The translations under genes were made by a program, and so were the position numbers. A DNA stretch of 64,000 nucleotides from Lingula anatina (lineage: Eukaryota; Animalia; Brachiopoda). The stretch lies in the NCBI GenBank assembly GCA_051362555.1, contig CM120642.1:4216001-4280000 (forward strand), read 5' to 3'. This document shows positions 52,513 through 64,000 of the stretch, piece by piece. The notes below the pieces were generated by a model. That model saw nothing but the letters and a program-made list of their open reading frames with translations. It was not told the origin of the DNA and did not search any database. Every line of letters begins with the position of its first letter. Positions within the stretch are counted from its first letter, which is position 1.

Positions 52513-54139
52513 TTGGTCAGTCTGGGATAATGGTCCTTCAATGCTGATGTGGTCAATCCTCCTGTATTGGGTTTTGATCAATTAATCTGGGAGGATATTA
52601 CTTACTGCTGTTATGGGATTGGCTAATCTGGGATGAGAGTGCCTTCTGTGCTGTGTTTAGGCAGTCTTGAAAACCAGATAATGAATGGTCAATACTGCAC
52701 TGTGATACTTCAATATGGAAGGACAGTCATCTAACTGGTCATTTTGAGGGACAGGCCTTAAAACTGCATTTTATTTTGTCTTTGTCCAATGTTGTGGTCA
52801 GTTTTCAAGTAAAGTAAAATCTCCTCTTTGATTCACTGGTCATTGTAAAACTATGGGCAGAATTATTTTATCAGCTTTGTACATTTTGATATTAAATTGT
52901 TGAAATGACGCATTAACATATCTAGAGCTTTACTGATGTAAAATGTTGATATATGAGGCATTGGTCCAGAATGTATAGCGGGATCATTAATTTTTTCTGA
53001 TGAAATCCTTTACACTAGACAGGTTATCGTTGTTTTTTTTTTTTTTGTTTTTTTTTCCAATAATCCATAACGATTAAAAAAACAGCATATGTTTTCTTGA
53101 TTATTATACCACGTACCACAACAGACATATGAACCTTTTATCTCTCATCAAGTTGCACAAAGCTAGGTGGGTAATGGTTTAGCTAAATGCTATAAGAAAT
53201 CCTATTTATTTATTTGTTTGTTTGTTTGTTTATTGCTTTTTGATGTACCCAGGTTACAAACTTATTTGTTCCTTCATTTTAAGGTTTATGTCAATTGATT
53301 GAAATAAGTATGTGTAAGTCAAGTGATATCTGTGTGTTAAGTTAAAATTTGTTACATTTAGTTTTGTCTTGTTTTCTACTCTGACAATGTAAACACTTGA
53401 AAGGACCTATAATAGCTCGTTGTCTTGTTGCATGTGTTGTTTAATGGTAAAAATAATAATGTTATATTTTATGTTGACAGTGTTATTTTTAAATAGCCTT
53501 TAAAACCTTTAAAAGGTTCGGTTGAGAGAAATGCAGCGCAGTATTTTCCTTTGACGTATTCTGAAAGCATGAAAGTACTCCTTGTGAAACCTTTAAAAAG
53601 TTAGAATTAAACGGCATTAATAGAGTTATCGTTTACCATATGTTCGTCAGCCTTACTTTGTTGAATTACATTACTTAAGCTCATTAAGAAACCCATTCTA
53701 ACAGAAGTTCACCTGTTGCTTTAAAGAATTTTTTTTTTCAAATTGGGCAGACGCTTAAAATTCGAAAAAAAGTCGACTTTCAAATTAAGTCACAATATAC
53801 GCGGTCATGCTACCCTAAGCTGCGTCGTCAACTGTGGAGATTATGGAACTCGTCCCAAGTGCATGCCAGGTCGTTTAATAAGAATCTTACCATTCACTTG
53901 TGAAAACGGCCATTATTATCTGAAAACAATGATTAGCAACATGAATTCGCTACCAAACAAACGCAATCTTTATGAGTGAGTTTATAATTCGGCTAGTGTT
54001 TTCAAATTTGGATGTTTGGTCTGAAATGGACAAATGCTGGAATTAACATGTACATTTATTATAAGGATTAACCTCTGTTTCACCATGAAAATCGTGACAC
54101 CTGGATCGGAATAATCCTTGTCCACTGACTGGTGTCACT

Positions 54140-54193
54140 TATAAATAGTGCACTGTATTACTGTCCAGTAGCTTTCAGCATTTGGCAGTGAAG
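54140..54193 (+). promoter_or_regulatory. TATA box and short non-coding first exon of peptide gene 1
   Basis: TGGTGTCAC-TTATAAATAG with TATAAATA at 54140; donor AAG|GTAAGT at 54193. Confidence 0.6.
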
Positions 54194-55368
54194 GTAAGTG
54201 AATCAGGGCAGCGTTCTTTTTTCCAGAGGCGCAGTAATACGACTGCAGCTGCAGTGTATCGCGTGTATTCTCTTAAATTGTTGCATTTTTTGTCTGAATC
54301 AAGTTCAACGAAATGTTCTTGTTGAACATTATCTATGACCAGTAATGAGTGTAATCATATACAAACGGTATGAATATCTATATATATTGATCACTGGGTT
54401 TGTCGCCTTCCAAATGTCCTGATAACTGTCAAACCTTTTTTTTTTTTTTTCGTTTTTCTGTAAATTTAATTAGTAGCATTGTATGATTAAAAAATTTCTT
54501 TTGAAAATAAGCATTTTTGGATTAATTTTACGAAAAGTATTGACCTTATTTGTGGTGCTCGATGTATTTTGACAACTTACATCCTGTAAGTGCCGAACTG
54601 ATATTTTGGATTTACTTCATATTTGCTCAGTGACATTTTTAAGAAAAAAAAGCTGCCTTTTGACAGTGGAGATGATCGGATTATTATTTTTTTTTTTTTA
54701 CTAAATATTTTTCTAAATATTGTTGAAATGTTTTTGTTGTAGGGTGTTTGTATATTTGTCTGCTTTGCTGCTCAGTCTTGATACATTGTATGCAGCTTTT
54801 TACACCTTTTCTTCCATTTTTGAATTGCACATTGATTTTGTTTCCAAAATGTAACAATGACGAGTTCGATGATAAGGTCAAAAACTGAATTGTTCAACAA
54901 TGCAAACAAAAAAGATAAAAATCGGCTATATAGGCTATCAACGCATGTTTGCCTTTGTTCGAACATCTAGTTCACAGATTTGTGACACATACATTTTAAG
55001 GCGCAGAATCCTAGGCGCCATAACGCCCCTGCTACACCTGCTACTTTTGACCACTTAGTTTTTGTTCACGCTCACCACCCCTACAAAGGCTTGGCAATAT
55101 TTGACAGACATCTCAAAATTCATACACCAGTGTTAATGAACATAAAATATTACAGTATTTTCTTTTGTAACATATTTGTGGGGCTGGGCCAAATATCTTT
55201 CTTCTAACAGTCGCAAGTCAGGTGTGAACGTTTTTTTACGTTATTTTTCCTTTTATACCCAAAGTGAATATAAACCCTTCCATTCAATTTACTCAAATTT
55301 CTCAACCAAATTAAAACGAGCTTTGAAATGTTAAATACCCGATTTTGCGTTTTTTTTTTCTTTTTGTT

Positions 55369-55374
<6 letters not shown>

Positions 55375-55442
<68 letters not shown>
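55375..55442. repeat. (TA)n microsatellite
   Basis: Direct observation. Confidence 0.95.
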
Positions 55443-55444
<2 letters not shown>

Positions 55445-55518
55445 AACCCCTCTTTGTGTTTTGTTTGTCGCGTTAATGTTAATGGTATCATCATACAAAT
55501 GTTTTAGGACGTATCATC

Positions 55519-57679
55519 ATGAAGGTTTTCATCCTTTTGGTTGCTTGTGTGGCGTACGCCAGCGCAGGTATTTGTGAAGACGTGTGCAGTCCTCTGTGCA
55601 AAACTGGCGCCACGGCAGCCGGCGCTGCGATCAGTGGAGGCACCGCGGCCGCTGCTGCTGGCGCCGCTGGAACCGTTGTCTGCGGCCCAAGCTGCAGCAC
55701 GGTGTGTGACCTGGGCGGTAAAGTGGTGGACTGGGTCGGCGGTCTCTTCGGCAAACGCGACCTCAATGAGGGATGGGTCACGGTGAGTTTGGACTCTTTT
55801 TTTTTTTTTTTTTTTTTTTTCAGTATAATTCAATTTCAGTATAATCTTTGGCACAGTGTATTTTTTAGTATATTTTTTTCAGCAAAATTCCATCAAAGTG
55901 AAATTTCAGTATAATGTTTTTCGGTAAATTTTTTTTGGCATTGGATGCAGTGTCTTTTTGTTTCGAACGGTAGATTCTTATCTTTTCCCGATCTCTAATA
56001 GGTCTTTCATTAATATTGTTTAGTGAAATTAACGTATTTTAATACGTGGTTTTATTTTTAGTATTAAAATATAACTTTTGCTGTTTTTTTTTTCGACAAT
56101 TAAGCGCCACGAGAAATCACGTCTCGGTCTCTGACACCGTAAAGCATTCCTCATTAGGAGTGTTCCAAACAATTTATTATATTTGTTTTATTTTAAACAT
56201 GCACAACAACATGTATGTATATTTAGTGCATCTTGTTGTGGGCACATGTATTTACTTCGTTCAGTGATAACAAAACTGTTTATTGGTCCTGCTAGTACAA
56301 TTCTACCTGGATAAAAAAAACCCGTTAAATGCTTTCTTCTAGAATTGATTGTGCTTTTCATCTATTTATTCAATTTAATTACGTCATTTCTATATATAGG
56401 TCAGGACCTGGGAATCTGTCTTTCCACGTGCCTTCTCTGCTTACGACACCAACAAAGATGGCCTTATCTCTCACAGAGAGTTTGTCAACGCCATCAGTGC
56501 TGAAGTGAGAGACCTGCAGACACTGAGAGTGTTCAAGATGGCCGACTTGGACGGTGAGTAGAACACAGAACCCTGACTACTGAATTAAAAGGTCAAAATA
56601 AGGAACTAGACCCGCTTTGAAAAAAAAAGCACCTCGCTGAATATGCACAACCAGTGATTTGGCAGAGTAATATCTGTGAATATCTTGTAAGCATAATTTC
56701 ATCTGTGGCCCTGGAAGAGGGAAATTGTTTTGGCCATATTTTGTTGTACCTCATCAAGGAGGTGAGAACGACGACACCCAATCTGAATCAGGGCCAAACA
56801 GATATGCCAGGCATATTTCTGTAAACCGCACTAAGACGCAGTGTAGTGCGGTATGCAAGAACCAGACATGCTTTTTTTACTTTACTTCATGAGTAAATAC
56901 TCACAGTTGTATTGAGGTTGGAGGTGTTGAAATTTATTGATATTTTTGTATCAATCATAATTTTTGTATCAATCACAATTCCAACTCCTCCGCTGGGTTC
57001 ACTAAAGCCAGTGTGTCTGGTAACCAGAATGGCATGTCACGATTCTGTTCGCGTGGCTGTCACTGGGATAAAGATATTATACCCAAGTCATGCTTTCTGT
57101 GAGAAGAAACCACATGTGTCCTGTAAAGTAGTGCGGTCACTACGCCCACCTTTCAAATCGCCCACACTCTTTCCCCGTGTTTTGAAGGCCAGATAGTTCT
57201 TGATAGGTTCGCCGAATCAGAGATTAATTTGGAGAAACGACATCATTGTGAAGTCCAAAGAAAATTGCTAGCTTAGGACAAGAACGGTTTCACATATGAT
57301 GCTTTGTAACTAGAATGACTCCTTCGCTGGCTTTTGAGTTAAAAAACACTAAAGCGCCTTCGGATATGTAAACTTTCAGACCAAAAAACTGTTTGGTCAG
57401 TTCTAGTGAATATTCCGCCTCAAATTTTCCTTCTTTTGGGGACGCACCGTAGATCAGTATAAAGTCTGGAAAAGCATGTCTGGTGACCAAACAATAGGGG
57501 TATCATTAACTTAAGTTATTACATTTGCCTTAAAAACGCGCTTATCAAATATGTCTATAGTTACACTTATTTCTGTTAAACATTGATTACTGTAATCAAC
57601 TGAATCATTTTGTCCTCCAGGTGACGACCACATTAGTCCTGCAGAACTCAGAGCCGCTCCATTCCGCTTTGGGCCATGA
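55519..57679 (+). CDS. Secreted prepropeptide 1 (158 aa): signal peptide + Cx3Cx3C/Ala-Gly-rich/Cx3Cx3C amidated core + two-EF-hand C-terminal pro-domain
   Basis: Exons 55519-55782, 56400-56553, 57621-57679 splice in frame. Signal MKVFILLVACVAYASA, core GICEDVC...DWVGGLF, GKR site, EF loops DTNKDGLISHRE and DLDGDDHISPAE; AATAAA near 57746. Confidence 0.9.
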
Positions 57680-59650
57680 ACTTCGGGACATTGAAGATCA
57701 GCAATTCCTTTTTTCTATTTTGGCTGACTGTATTTCCTAACAGCTAATAAAGGAGTTCTGTTTAACATACATGGTTTAATTAACATACATTGATAATCAC
57801 TTTAGGCTTTGAGAGCTGTTTTTTTTTTTTTTTTTTTTTTTTGGGGGGGGGGGGGTAACTTTCGTTCAAGACGGTTCTTTATCACGCTCGTGTTATGATA
57901 GGGAGGATGAAAATAACTCAACCAACTTCAAATCATTTTTTCAAAAAATTATCAGTCATAATAAACATAATAAACAAAATTTCACTGTATACTTATATTG
58001 TATAAGGTACCCATGACGTTGCCTCTTACTCCATTTCTTTATAGTCAAAAATATCCTCCATAATACTACCGAGATTTAATATGAAAAAAATGAGGTGCTT
58101 TGGAGGCTCTTAAATGGTGGCCCTCTTTTATACTGCCTCGTTCTCGGCCCAATGCAAAATCAATTTTCCTAGCAGTGCAGGGCAGGATCAAGGTCACACT
58201 GTACATTAAAGTCAAATTATAATATTTTGATAAGTTTGAGAATGAATTCATAAAAGCAAGTGCCCGGATTTATGATCTCCGGATTCTAATGCATTGGTCT
58301 GTTGTAGCACCCAGTATGTAGGTAAAAAAAGAGCAAATCTTGAGACTCAGGAATGTCGTTATAGTTTGCAGGGTTTTTATTTTTCAAAATACGCTTTAAA
58401 AGTGATGCCACAAACTAACAAAACTGCAGTATAACCCATGATAGTTTGCAGAAAGTTTTTGTGGATTTGAAGCTTGTGTAATGTTTGAAACGAGAAAGGA
58501 GCGAGGAGAAAGTGAGAAAGGAGCGGATAATGTTTTTAGAGTTAACGAGTTAATTGACATACTGTCATAATACTAATACAACTGCGGGTAATGTCAAAGG
58601 GAGAAGGCCACTAGATATTGAAAGAAGTGGAAAGAGAAATAAATAGAAGCGGGCACCGGAATCAACTGGAAAGTAGTTAATAAATGACATGAAAATATAT
58701 AATTGTATTTACTACCTCATGTAACAGCAAAAGATAAACACAACAGCTTCATCACACCTGTGTAGTTTTTAGGGTAATTAGACCCTTGTTTGCAAGGTTT
58801 TTGAAATACAGCTTAATCAATATTCCAAACTTCGAAATGGTCTTTGCTTAGGGTGTGCCTCTATAGTCCAAAATTTTAATGATCCATTTACAATTACAAT
58901 TACAGGATTAAGCGGTTTTCCTTTCATGTAGGACCGCCATATTTAGGTCGCGGCCTTACTAGCACTCGGCTCTTCTCAGTCTGAATGGTCCCTATGACTG
59001 GTTCCGTGGCCCCATAGTTCTTTTGTCTGAATCTTTCTATATTTTTCAGAGTATTTAGATCTAGTGACTCAATAACAAAATCCATGAAGAAGGAATAGTA
59101 TCCACTAGAGATGATGTCCAAAGAAAATTTTTTAATGGAACTCAGTCGGCTGTCAGATAAGAACATCTTTGGTCTAACGTGCCTTCAAATCCATTCTTAT
59201 TTGAAGGGACTTTTCCATTCTTTTTGGACCAATGAATCTTCGGATGAATAAACTTTAGAAATGTTGAGACGCGCCAGTTTACACAAATATCACCTATAAT
59301 AAACAATTTTAATTATTGATAAAAGTGATGTAATATTCGAAAATAGATGGCAACACCTACATTGAAAAATAATTGATAGATAAGGCGAATTCTCGTATTT
59401 TGATGACCATTGGGTGTATTAGGAAAGTTAATTACAACGGGCAGCTCTTCAATAAATCTTGTAAAACTAACATGTATTTGACCTCAGAAGGTCAGGGTTG
59501 CATCCGTTTCTTAAGTGTTACACACGCGTGGTCGTGGGACGTTTGCATCTTGACAGAAGACGTTTTTATTCATCCAGCTTCGGGTCCATCACAGTACAAA
59601 CGTTGGATCGGAATGTGCATAACAATTGACTGAGTCTCTGTTGGTGTCCA

Positions 59651-59711
59651 TATAAAAATGAGGACTTAGATAGAGAAGTAGTGACTCCCGTCTACGAAGA
59701 GCCCGCATAGA
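59651..59711 (+). promoter_or_regulatory. TATA box and short non-coding first exon of peptide gene 2
   Basis: TGGTGTCCA-TATAAAA at 59651; donor AGA|GTAAGT at about 59711; same layout as gene 1. Confidence 0.6.
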
Positions 59712-60230
59712 GTAAGTAATCTAAAACAATAAGAAAAAGGATTTATCGGTTTTTCACCGATTTATTTGTGAACCACGTAATATCATGTAATGAGGTATTA
59801 ATCTGACAGTGGAGAATTTCTGATAGGTGTTGGATTTTTTGCGTAGAGTAAAAAAAAAAGTTTTTTTTAAATTAGCTACTAATGTGAATTTCGTAAGGTG
59901 CATATTGTAACTCTTATGTCGTAAAATTATATATATTTATATTTAAGCAACTTAAATACATTTAATCAGAAAACTTCGAACTCAAAAGCTGGTTAACATG
60001 GATCGTTAATTTGTCCACGTTTTTGGATATGGTAAACTTTTTTTTATTGTATAAAGGCCTATTGCTCATTATATGCCTTGTAGTACAACATACATTTATG
60101 ACATTAATTGTGTTGTAAAATTCTTCATAATTGTTTGCATATTGATATGTTTGATGTAACTGTAACCAAAATATGATACTATCCTACCCTATGTATGTAT
60201 TTATTTATCATCAACTAGAACGATAACGCC

Positions 60231-61828
60231 ATGAAAGTTTTCATCCTTTTGGTTGCTTGTGTGGCGTACGCCAGCGCAGGTATTTGTGAAGAGGTCTGCA
60301 GTCCTCTGTGCAAATCTGGCGCCACGGCAGCAGGCGCTGCGCTCAGTGGAGGCACCGCGGCCGCTGCAGCTGGAGCCGTCGGCGGCGTAGTCTGTGGCAC
60401 GAGCTGTGACAAGGTGTGCGACCTGGGCGATAAAGTGGTCAGCTGGATCGGAGGTCTCTTCGGCAAACGTGATGCACCACATACATGGGTGGTCGTAAGT
60501 GTTTAATGACTAACAGGCCCATACCTTAAATATCCACTCAACAATATTATTACGTCTCCCATGACGATTCTTTGATTCTCCTGACTGCTATTCAAGATCC
60601 GTGCCGCATTTTTGCATACCGTAAAGTTGTCGTCATACCTAGGTCAAAAACCGAATCCACTAAAATGTTCACTATATATATATATATATATATATATAGT
60701 GCCGTAATATGCTGGTTTACAATAAATGGTTCTTTGTATGCCAAAGGTTATTATCACAAAGTAAATGGATTCTTGCTTTTTAACTGGAAAAATGTTATTG
60801 TTTGTGAGAGGCGGCCTCCAAGTAACAAAGGCATGCCAGTTGTTTTTCATTTTAGTGTTAAGGGCATAAACTAAATAGACGGTTTTAAGTGGTAGTTCAG
60901 TGACCCACAGTCCCATTAATTTGGGATTCTGCACCTAAATCAAACTTTCAGCTGGTTCTCTGGTTTGCAGGTTGCCCATTGGGAGGGTGAATTCCCAAGA
61001 CATTTTAACGAGTATGACACCAACAGAGATGGTCTCATCACTCACAGAGAATTTGTCAATGCCATCAATGCTGAGTTGAAAGATGTTGCAGCATTGAAAG
61101 CTTTCCATTTGGCCGACAAAAACGGTAAGTGGGCCAAGAAACAGAGGGACAATGCGTCTTGGTGCTATACTTGACTGTTTTTGATCTTAACTTCCCCATT
61201 TGTAGCAATTATTGCAGAATGTCCATATTGTTCAAATCCCCTCACAAGGAATTCGCTTTCAGACTTGCAAACAATGTGGAGCAATTTCATGAAATGACAC
61301 AATTTCATGAAATAACGTTTATTTAAAATATGCAAGATTCCAACAGGTTTGGTTTAGTCACTCAAGCTATTGCACAGATTCCAAAGGTACCCTCGCTGAA
61401 TGCAAGCAGATTGACAGCCCAAACCGCCCCCTCCTGCTGGAAATTACACGAGAATGTTGGAAACAAAAGGAGGCGTGTTAGTCTGTTAATCTGATTGCAT
61501 TCAGCGAGAGACCCCATGGAGCTAGGACAATAAATCAATTGTGTACGGGCCCAAAGTTTTGTGAACAAAATTACATGTATTAATTTACTTTGATAAACTT
61601 CCACTTTACTGTTCTACAGATGGACGTTGTCAATATTTATCGTTACTGCAGCAGTATACTGTAATGTCAGTAGGTATACACCTTTATACTATCCAAGGAT
61701 ATTGAAAAAGAAAACATTTATTGAATCAACATGCATGTATATTTCTTTTTTGGTATTTCTTTCAAGGTGATGACTACATCGACAGAGATGAACTCAAGGC
61801 TGCCCCCTTCAAGTTTGCAAAGGACTGA
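60231..61828 (+). CDS. Secreted prepropeptide 2 (159 aa), tandem paralog of 55519-57679
   Basis: Exons 60231-60494, 60971-61124, 61767-61828, with the first two coding exons the same size (264, 154 nt) and phase as gene 1. Core GICEEVC...SWIGGLF-GKR; EF loops DTNRDGLITHRE and DKNGDDYIDRDE; AATAAA near 61901. Confidence 0.9.
61390..61520. mobile_element. Remnant of MITE family 1 in an intron of peptide gene 2
   Basis: Inverted arms CTCGCTGAATGCAAGCAGATT / AATCTGATTGCATTCAGCGAG shared with 30514-30751. Confidence 0.55.
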
Positions 61829-64000
61829 AGAAGAACTATTTGAGGAGCATTTAACAAAATTTTCTTTCTCCAGTAATAGAAATATCAATGTGGTTAGTTG
61901 AATAAAATCAATAAGATACACGTTTGGTTTCTGACTTAAACATGCATTTAATCTGGTTGCAGATCCATGACAATTGCGCTTCGTTGTATCATTTTCAACC
62001 AACAAAATCATTCATATATCGAATCGATATGTTGCTTTTCGGTTGGAAAAAACTAAAGTGACTCAGTAACATGAATTTAATATCGCTGTAATCGACCAGT
62101 ATATGTCAAACTTAATATGTGCACCTTAATTTTACATGTAAGAAAATAGCTTCACAAGTTTTTCCAAATTTAAGGATATTGTCACCCTTCGCCCAAAAAT
62201 CCTTGTTTGGATAATGAATAAATCTTCAGTGTTCAATGACTAAAATAATTATCATTATTCACACATTTGTCATCTTAAAGGTGACGTCATGATTGCGACT
62301 TGGGGTAAAAACTAGTTTCTCAAATTTCTCTTTTACCTAAGCACCCATGACCACCGTTTTAACGCCGATTTAATGACACTATTTAGTACTCAAGCACACT
62401 GCATGCTGAAAAGTCTTAGTTCAGCTTTTGTCGTTGATCAAGCAAAATAATACCATTGTTTAATAAAAATCTGTAATAAGGGGCTCATAACTCTACAACA
62501 AAAACATTTAAACCAAAATGACGAGATTGTACCCTATACACTCCTGGTCACCTTTACCAATTTTTGTGATAAAATCTAGTTCATGGATAAAGTTACGCTC
62601 CATACCGTTTGTTATCTCACCTTAAAATAGAAAGGTGTATAAATGAGTTGCCTATGCTTATACATTGCCACAAAAATATAATACACTGATATTTCATGTT
62701 TTCCAGGTATTTTCATTATTTAAAATCAGCACAGATATAGATGCATTACTGTTCATGAATAATAAGACGCAGGAAAAATATCTTTTTTGCATCTGGATGA
62801 TAATAAGGGGTTCAATAACCTTAAACGCGTCTTTTTAAAAACAATTTAAGTTAGGCGCCGTTTTTATCTCCACACCGTTGTAATTTTCAGTCTTTTGTTA
62901 ACATCTTTCAAAAAAGATTGGGTTGCCGATAACACGAACGCTTGAAAAAAATATATATGACTGCTACACGAAAATTTAAAACAAAGTTGTGTTTTAATAT
63001 CCCAACATTGCCCTATGGGATACAAATTGAGAGATTAAACATACCAGGCAGTTTATTTGCTCAACTTTTTCTCAATAAAAAGTGGATGTTTGGCCAGGCA
63101 CGATATAGGTTAGGCATTGCCATTGTTGAAAAGTATTGATCATTCTGGGCTGTAGTACAGGGGACCATTTGTGTCCCCATGATTTTCTTCAGATCCACTT
63201 GGTTGGTTTGACACAATAGTAAGAGGCAAGTCAAAAAACTGCTGAACCGCCACCACGAGCAACTGTTTTCACAGTTTCCAGAAATTGTTGCACAAACATT
63301 ACATTAAACACGAAGTTAGCCATCAAAACAAAAAACTTCAAGAAGGAATGTCAATTTATCAGAAAATCTGACATGTCACCAATGAACTTAGCAAATTACT
63401 GTAAATAAGTTGATGGACCCATTAAAAGTGCAGTTCATTCTTTGTTGGGTCATAAGAGATTTCTTTTGTGGTCTGCTTTACCAAAGGTCATCACTGAGGA
63501 TCCTGCCATTTACTGTTCCTCAGAAAAAAACAGGTTTTGACAGGCTGTTGACACTTAATAACAGAAGTTGCTGACAATGCTCACTCCTTACTACTACATA
63601 TCTGGTAGAGCATAAGGTCCTCTGTGGCGCTGTTACCTTAAAGATACATACAAAGTCAACTTTTTGTCATAAAAACCAACCAAATTTATATGCCAGCATA
63701 TAGTTTCAAGTAGTATAACTAAGAGAATTACCAAAAGGCATTGTTTAATTTTACCAGAAAGTGATGTTTGAACAGATTTTTCTGCTAGCATTCTATGCTG
63801 TATGTCAATGGGGCAGAAAAGAAGGTCACGAAAGTAGGTTAAATTGACAACCAAAAGTTTAAAGAAAGGAGCACTCTAACGCTCTTTTATGGCTGATCGG
63901 GTGATTTATTCAGTTTATCCCTTGGCATGTCGAATTTATTAGAGTCGTATACGAAACTAGTAGAAGTGGTTTACATGTGTTACTGGGAATCAACGCTCCA

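Noticed and set aside
55491-55854. Antisense and alternative-frame ORFs over the peptide core exon (also 60201-60482)
   Set aside because: Shadows of a GC-rich coding exon; only the plus frame has a signal peptide, splice sites and paralog conservation
55783-55914. Hydrophobic C-terminal extension (FFFFFF) of the 131-aa ORF, resembling a TM segment
   Set aside because: Intron read-through past the GTGAGT donor into a poly-T tract
62275-62625. Possible TTAA-AGGTGA ... TCACC-TTAA bounded element
   Set aside because: Terminal match too short to support without other copies

Overview
AT-rich, intron-containing animal genomic DNA, probably from a marine lophotrochozoan such as a mollusc (the taxon is inferred, not proven). 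Seven protein-coding genes can be assembled from GT-AG exons. (1) A minus-strand NRPS-like A-T-R enzyme resembling fungal glycine-betaine reductase ATRR; its 3' end runs off the window. (2) An intronless rhodopsin-class GPCR nested antisense in intron 2 of that enzyme. (3) EXD1. (4) An F-box/LRR protein. (5) KLHL8. (6, 7) Two tandem paralogous genes for a secreted precursor I do not recognise: signal peptide + a 61-aa Ala/Gly-rich core framed by two Cx3Cx3C motifs, ending in an F-G-KR amidation/cleavage site, + a C-terminal two-EF-hand pro-domain. This peptide pair is the strongest candidate for an undescribed system. The window also holds four phase-matched tandem exon duplications (mutually exclusive or alternative last exons) in three neighbouring genes, a 38-bp minisatellite seeded on a splice donor, and several non-autonomous DNA transposons/MITEs. 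Exon boundaries were read by eye; no database search was run.
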